Shown here one piece after another: positions 56,929-64,000 of a stretch of 64,000 nucleotides of DNA. Where the stretch lies: NCBI GenBank assembly GCA_000708835.1, contig DF237121.1, positions 62,001 to 126,000 on the forward strand, written 5' to 3'. The stretch comes from Klebsormidium nitens. Lineage: Eukaryota > Plantae > Klebsormidiophyceae. The position numbers were made by a program, and so were the translations under genes. The notes below the pieces were generated by a model, which made no database searches, was not told the DNA's origin, and saw only the letters and a program-made list of their open reading frames with translations. Every line of letters starts with the position of its first letter. Positions within the stretch are counted from its first letter, which is position 1.

Positions 56929-59870
56929 CTGGAGACACAGGTGAACGGAGTTAACTTCATGCACCTTAAATCTCAAGAGGACAGAAGAAAATCAGGTGCC
57001 CTTCTTCGTTCATAACGCTCTCTCTATCAAGAGCCCAACAGGCTAGACGGCCTCCCAGGATTGCCTCGACTGTATCCGCCATAGCTAGTCCCTTGAGGGC
57101 TCAGTTGTTTCCCATTGAGTATTTTTCTTAGGCCTTCCAAACAAGGAAAACAAACTGACCTCCGCTGTTCTCCCTTGAGCAGAAAGGGTTGCCAACGTCA
57201 CTTTTCTGGCTTCAAAAGAGGGGGGTTTACTTTCTCCAATAAGCGTCCACTGCCAGCTTTACTGCCCCCGATTTTTTGTCAACAATGAAAGTCTGGGGCA
57301 TACAGTCATGAGGTCATCAGCCCGCATATTCACTAGGGCAGCCCTTTGTTGAAGAAATTACTGTAAAGAATCAATCTCATCGCTATGCTGAGTCAAAGTT
57401 TTACCAAATCCTGTTAAAAGGACAGCTCACAGGCTGCCTCTCCTGGACCCCCAAGTAAAACTCTTTGTGCTTAAGTGCTGCCAAAGTGGTGGAGGGCTCA
57501 CCATGTATTCTATGATTTTATTTTTTATTTTTTATTTTTTTCTATCCAGAAAGCTCATGCAGGTGAATCCAGTCAGGCTGCATGATAACCTCCTCCAAAC
57601 TCCTTTCAAACCCTCTTTAAATCCAGTCTCAAGCCCCTACAAACCCCCTCAGGTAGTGCCTCAGAAAGTGTTCCAAATGCTTGCACAAGCCGTTTTACAA
57701 CCCCTTCAGAATCGCTTAAGACCGAAAAGAGTGCTTTGAAGAAGTCCTGGCCTTTCCAGGACCCCCTCCAAAACCCCTTTCCAAAGCCCCTTCAAAGCCC
57801 AGTTTTTGAATTCTACGCACTCCTCCTAATGCCTCAAGAATCCCTCCCCAATGCTTGCACAAGCTCTTTTGAACCCCTTCACCCCCCTGCTGAGTGCCCA
57901 AGAACAAAGAGACTGCTTGTCAGGAGGTCTTAGCTTATTTAAAAGCCTTGACTGAGCTGTGAACGTGTGTAGCAGGGAGGAAGATGAGCGCTCTACAGGC
58001 CGCATGAGTCATGAGAACGAAGGCCCATTTTAGATCCATCTGAATTTCTGCCTAAGCAACCCTGCCGAAAAAGCATCCTGGACCCCTGACATGACCACCT
58101 TGGAGCCACACGATTCTCGGTCAGTAGAGTCCACACGAAGCCCCAAGATGTTCAAATGGTAGAGGCAAAGATATCAGGTCAGTATTATGACCTTAATCTA
58201 CTCTCCTGTCCTTCAGCTCACCTTAGCTCACAATCAAAGCCCCCAGATCCTGAGCTCCAATCAGATTGCCCTCAACCGAGCTTCCACCTCGCCGGGATCT
58301 GCTTCCATATGAAAGCGGGGCCGCAAATCTTTGAGTCGCTTGCTTCCAAGTCCGGCGCCAGCTGTCATGCGTCTTGACTCCTGATCACCACACCAGGCCT
58401 AGCTCTGACCTTGATTAAAAAGGAATGGTACAGGAGATGAAGCTGCTCATAAGCGGTCAGCACCGATCTGCGGCGCACGGCATAAGTGAATGCGATGCGC
58501 TAACATAACACCCTCAGCGTAGTACTGATGGCGCAAGTAGAGCCTGCCTTCTTCTACCAAAGCGATGCAATCCCACGCCAGAGTGCAGAACTTTGATCAA
58601 TCAAAGCACTGGCCAGCAACTAGCTGGGTACGGCTTGAATCACGTGGAAGGCTGCGGCTGTCAACGTCAATTTTTTCGGGTACGAATGATCTGACCACAC
58701 GCAGCTCATAAGGAAGAGCGGAGGGCTATCAATGCGAAGTACCTACTTAGATGGCAGAAGCAGTAGGCTCATATCAGAAGATAGGTCAGCCGAGTCTGTC
58801 ACTCTCCTACCTTTTTGACAGAGCAGAGTCAGCCTCTCCCCGCAATACTAATGCCAATAGCCTAAGACTGACGTAATCAGATTCCAAAGTTAAACGCCCC
58901 AGCTTCCAAGCTGGTCCGGCCGTGTAAGGGCAATACGTGGCATTCTCTGAACTCTCTTTCAGTCGGGATCTTGATTCTCGGTATCTGGGGATTGTGTTCT
59001 GTTTGTCGATTCAAAGGAAGGCCTGATTGCGGTCCAAAGGGGAGAGAGTCGAGACTTTGTTCACGCCTGCTTGCCACGCTGGCGACGTCACAGCTAGTGA
59101 TAATAATCAAGTTCGGGAATCGAACCCGGCCGGTCGGCGGTGTTCCGTCAGCCTTGCTTACGTCATTCGATGGCGGTGACGCACGCGGCCCAGAGCTAAA
59201 CCAAAATCTGGACGAAGGGTTTGCGGTCTGAAGAGCGGCATGACCCGATAGCTGACGGCGTCATCTTTAGACCAATCGCAGGGGTCGGACGTACGTTTGC
59301 GGCCTTTTAGGCCGTCCGATCTAATAGTGATGGCTCGCGCTTGTAGTTAACACCTGGGTTATAGAGGGATTCAAGATAGGTACCTTGATTTCATTTGATG
59401 ATTTCTGACACTTTGAACTTTTGAAGTTTGTAGATTGTAGCGTGTGACGTACGACAGATTTTAGCCCCTGTACGGAACCGTTTATGAGATATTATACTTA
59501 TAAGTTATTACCTACTGCGAATATTATATTATTCACGTCATAGAATGGTCAAGCGAAGCGACGGCCTTTACTCGAACTCGATTTCCGTACACACGACAGA
59601 CTGCTTTTCACACCTAGTAGATAGCAGGGCTTGCCACGTACCATCTTTCTCCGGTGCCGTCTGGCTACCGGTGCCAGCCCAAATTTCTACCGGCTGCCCA
59701 CACGGGCTAAAGCACCGGGCGCCGGCCTTGCCTAGGCGGCGCCAGCATTTTTGCCGGCTGTCCAGCCGGTGGGGTGCCTTCGGCACCGGTGCATCTGTCA
59801 TTTCTGCCGGCCAGGTCCAGCTTAAACACCGGTTCGTGGCAAGCAGATAGTGTAAACGATCCCGTCTTCC

Positions 59871-60089
59871 ATTCTGGCAACGGAAGTATTCACTAAATAG
59901 AGTGTTCAGTGTTCACTAACATAGGCAACCGGGGGACGGTAGGGTTGGTTTGGTAGTTAGGATTGGTTGGGGTGCTTAGCCCGTGAGACCGGTAGTTACG
60001 TTAGGTCTTTTTTACATTAGTAATTTGTGCGCCCGGGGCTTATCAATCGTAATGAACACTCTGTTTAGTGAACACTCCCGTTGCCATTA
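59871..60089. mobile_element. ~219-bp MITE with 34-bp TIRs and a 10-bp flanking direct repeat (Mutator-like)
   Basis: IR arms 59875-59908 and 60053-60086 (31/34 match); direct repeat cccgtcttcc at 59861-59870 and 60090-60099; the outermost 3-4 bases do not match. Confidence 0.55.
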
Positions 60090-60485
60090 CCCGTCTTCCG
60101 AAACCGTCGGAGTCTGCGGCGTTCTGAGAGACTGAGACACAGCAACTCCCGGGCACTCAGCACGGTTCCTAAACCTCCCCCGGTCTTCTATTCTGCAAGG
60201 AAGGCTCTGTCCCGGGAAAACTCTCCCACAAATCCCGGCATGGCCGGGAGTCGGGAGCTCAAACTTGTGAGTCGGGGCTCGGGACCCGGTTGCATCTCCC
60301 GAGCCCAAGTATACTGCTTTGAAAAGTATCCATCATTGCTGTGTACGATCAGGCGTCGTCAGCTGAAAACAGAACATTGGGAATTCGAGTTGGAATCATT
60401 TCAACCGTTTAACGGCAATGGCGGGTGCTTTAGCGGCACCAACAACCGGCGGCGCCGAGCACAGGAACTGACAGACGTACTGCAC

Positions 60486-61645
60486 CAGGGGTTCTGGCGG
60501 GGCGCCAAACGGGGCGCAGAGCGCCCCGGGGCAAATCCTGGCGCCCCCGGGCGGAAGCCCGGGGCGCCACAGCGCCCTGGGCCGCAGGCCCCGCCTACTC
60601 TTGGAAAGTACTAGATCCAGGCCGCCTCAACCGGGAACTCTGATCTGATTTCTAAGTATAGATTATCAGAGCGATTGCCTGGACATATCAGGACACAAAG
60701 GAAGCCCATATGGTTCCAGAAGGAGGAGATAAGCACTTGTATTTAATTAAAAATGCTACAAATCCAAGTCGAGACTCGAGTTCTCTACACTTAGCCAAGT
60801 ATCATGATTATAATAAATAATCTGCAAGGGTATGCTTCGATAGAGGCATTTGTTACTATAAGGAAGGCGTCATTTTGAAGCTGTACCCCCCCTATTAACT
60901 ACGGAGCCCTTTTCGCCAGAGGATCCAAGTTACCCCCCCATCATAGCAGGCTGACCTGGCGCAAGTCCTAGGTCCCCCCCCCTTGTCTTCTCAGTTTTCG
61001 AAGGCTTCAGGTCCCCCCCCCATCACAAGATTCGGCAAATTGCAAAAATCAAGGTCATATTAGACTGCACAGAGCTTTTACCAGAATGTACCATCGGTTT
61101 TGGGGGCCTTTTGCACTTTTTGAAAGGATTTTGTACCAGATTGTAGAGGCATTTGCTTGTCAAAATGGATGATATGCCATCATCGAAGCCCATTTCCCCC
61201 CTGCACCTTCAACATATACAACCTGCAAAGGTCCCCCCCCCATGCAGCCTTGGGGATCTTGGAACAGCTGCAAGTCCCCCCCCCTTCCCAACCCTCGAAG
61301 CGGGTTTCGGTTCGAGGTCCCCCCCCCCATAACAGTTAATAGGGGGGGTTCCGCTTCAAAATGACGCTTCCCTAATAGGACCTGCTTTGGAAACGAGGGC
61401 AGCGATTCTTTTTGACTTTTTGCCGACTGCTTGTACCGTATACGGTAGAGGCACAGGAGGCAGCCCTGGGGACCGGTATGCACGAATTCGGCTCGGTTAA
61501 CCGTTAAGCACAGCTTCCGCCAGAATACCTATTGTACCGGGCGCTGGCGCCCGGGCTTGGGCGCCCTAGGTAAGCTGGTCGGCGCCCCGGGGCAAAGCCC
61601 AGGGGCGCCACAGCACCTCCGGGCAAAATCCTGCTAGAACCCCTG
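60486..61645. mobile_element. Non-autonomous hAT-type DNA transposon (1160 bp)
   Basis: 8-bp TSD TACTGCAC (60478-60485 and 61646-61653); TIR CAGGGGTTCTGGCGG vs CAGGGGTTCTAGCAG (13/15); GC-rich subterminal repeats (gcgccccggggcaaa, ggggcgccacagc) at both ends; no transposase ORF. Confidence 0.85.
60862..61372. mobile_element. PIF/Harbinger (Tourist-like) MITE, 511 bp, nested in the hAT element
   Basis: TAA on both flanks (60859-60861 and 61373-61375); ~39-bp TIRs ggaaggcgtcattttgaagctgta(c)7tattaact vs reverse complement of 61334-61372; eight internal poly-C boxes. Confidence 0.75.
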
Positions 61646-64000
61646 TACTGCACCGTCGGCATCCGGAAACGGTTAAACTTAGTTTCAAAGTTTAATTTGT
61701 TGGATGCGGTCACCCCCTAAAATTCGGGATGACGTGTGCACTGACGAGATCGCGGCTGCATTGTGCAATAATTCGCTGTGCCGATCAGCGTTCGACACGG
61801 AGTTTTAATTTCGTCGGCTCCCAGGCCGACTTTTCTCGGTCCGTCCGCTGGAAGCCTTGGAACTCTGAACCGGTCGGTGTGTCATCCAAACACCATTCTG
61901 TCGGCTTCTCGGCAGACGCCCCTCAGTTGAGTGGGCCGGGGCCCAGGTTTGCAGTTTCGTCGGCTGATCGACGTTTGGCGGGCTTGACGGCTCGCGGCCG
62001 GCTTCAGGTTGTCATTATTGGTTGACGATGGTAAAGGCCGACAGTCGGAGTACGGATGAGCAGCCGAATGCGGCGTGGCGATGACCAATCATTTCATTTT
62101 CATGTGGTAGAGTTTGCATGCGTTATCAAGGCTGGAAGAACGTCAGCCACATTGCTAATAATACGTATATGATTGTATAGGTCGAACATAAGTACTAAGT
62201 ACAATACCGTACTTGCATTCACAGATCCTGATTGGCCAAGCCTGGAGTCCGAAGCACCGCAGGCCGTACCGTACGACCGTACGTTTGCGTTGTTCAAAGT
62301 TTCAGACTCACAGTATACCGGTAGAGTCTAGACACTCTCGATCAGTCTCGACTCTCGAGTCTCGAGCCTTGACTCACGATTTGCACTGAGTCGAGCAGCG
62401 TTCTCTCGAGTTGCGCAACTTCGAAGCGACGCCGGCGGCTGGTAGGCGGTTGGATCAGGGTGTCTTGTACCGGTATGATGTAGCTCTGACCGTTTACTTC
62501 GACTGGTGAAAGGTTTGATTCAGCAAACGAGCTTCTAGAATCTTCCGGCAGCACGCGCCGTGCGTGTCACGCACACCGTAGTACTACAGTGGTACTGCCA
62601 TTCAGTTTACCGCTTTGTTACGTGCCTTCACAACAGTAATAAGTATCCTCGACTTCCGTTCTTCGGTTCTTCTACGGTTAAAGTTCTTTGTATCTTCGAA
62701 TATACCTATTCCTCTCACACCAACTGGCGTGACGCCGCGACTCGGGCCGCGGCTAGACGGCAAGGTACATACTACAGTCACTAGCGATTCAGAATATCAC
62801 GGCTTTGATGGGGTTTGAGATGGGTGCCCGAGGAATGATGCAATGATAGTACGACAGGAAGGCTGCTCAGCCAATCACGGTGCTACAGAGTACGGCATTG
62901 AGTCAGCAAACAAATTAAATGGGTCAGATACTACCTAGGTAGGACTAGCTGTCAACGTTCAAAGGGCGTTCAAACTTCAGACGTTGTCGAAGACCTGCAC
63001 GGAAAACAATGCTACGTTATAGGACGCATGACTTGGTTCGGAACGCGTGCAATTCGTTCGCTGCTGGACTTGTTGACTTGTATGTAAACCTTTGTTCTTT
63101 GACAAATGCAGGTGGAAAAAAGAGAATAGTGGTAGTGTCTCTGCCCCCTGCGAAGAGCGTCTCGTCACTGGTGCCTCCACACAATTCACAATACAGCCGT
63201 GCATACGCAAGTTTGTGACCGGCCACGTAAACTGCCAGACTCGTGCCGGTCACATAGATCTTTCTTCAAACTTGGTGTCGGTTGGCTTGAATCATCCGAG
63301 TCCCCAGAAATTTTCTGCCGGTACCCAATACCAGGGCCGGTAACCTCAGCTCTTTCTGATTGTATATCTATTATTGAGAATCCACGAACGGAGACGGTTC
63401 TGGTTTCCGATGCAGGTTAGACGGTGACAGCCTGACAGGCCTCAGATCGATCAAAAGTGTCGTGCTTGAGTAGCTACTAACCTAGTAGCGCCACACTAGT
63501 ACCTACCTAGTAGGTAGATCCTTTCGCAGTCCGAAGTTCGAACAAGCAAGGCGGGTTTCAGGATCTGGTCAAGAGCCTCTGAGTTCCGGTTGTATTATAT
63601 ATGTGGACTCCAAATGTTCATCAAGGAGTCCAGCACAATGTCAGTATTAGTGTCAGGGTTACTGTTAAGTAGTGTCAGCACTGTCAAGCTGCCGCTGATT
63701 GAATCAGCTGAGAATAAGCCTTGACACTGAAATAGATACTGACAACACAAACATAGACTCTGACAGTGACATCAAGATTGACAAGAACCATGATGCATCG
63801 GTTCCTTTGACTTTTGATACGCCCGGTCTACCGGGTCGTTTCCCGGTCGAAGTCCTCGCGGACCGGTAGAAGTCGCCGAATCCAAGTCTGACACGCTGTC
63901 AGAAATCGACCCAATAGGAGAACGCCTTATTTCTTTGCGAAAATATTCTCACAAGCGTGACAAGGAGACGTAAACAATGAAGACTACCTTTTATAAATTA

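Noticed and set aside
60081-60614. 177-aa ORF running into the hAT left end
   Set aside because: Its 3' part is GC-rich subterminal repeat sequence; it has no transposase or other domain features.
63640-63770. Weak tgtcag/ctgaca fold-back region
   Set aside because: Arms are short and interrupted, with no TSD; insufficient to call an element or structured RNA.

Overview
Intron-rich eukaryotic genomic DNA with GC-rich exons, probably a streptophyte green alga such as Klebsormidium (inferred from plant-type genes and composition, not proven). I reconstructed three multi-exon + strand genes by hand using GT/AG junctions and phase bookkeeping. (1) 2824-~19540: secreted plant-type GH10 endo-1,4-beta-xylanase (~1685 aa) with signal peptide, two 6-Cys modules, a Pro/Thr linker, four CBM22/CBM4_9-like modules, the GH10 domain and a tail rich in RxLL motifs. 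(2) 22663-~41740: CLU-family REC/TSS-like TPR protein (~2026 aa). (3) 44141-50201: 2OG-Fe(II) dioxygenase (~521 aa). There is also a tentative minus-strand orphan gene (~54.9-56.9 kb), several short non-autonomous TIR elements (including a Tourist-like MITE nested in a hAT element) and a 3-kb G-depleted intronic repeat tract. The most striking signal is pervasive 'exon echoes': at about 15 exon ends in all three unrelated genes, the flanking sequence holds 1-4 decaying tandem copies of the exon end plus its splice site (more than 20 copies). Many keep an intact AG acceptor leading to a premature stop, and two could form in-frame new cassette exons. No CRISPR, rRNA or tRNA is supported. Exon coordinates are manual and need RNA-seq confirmation.
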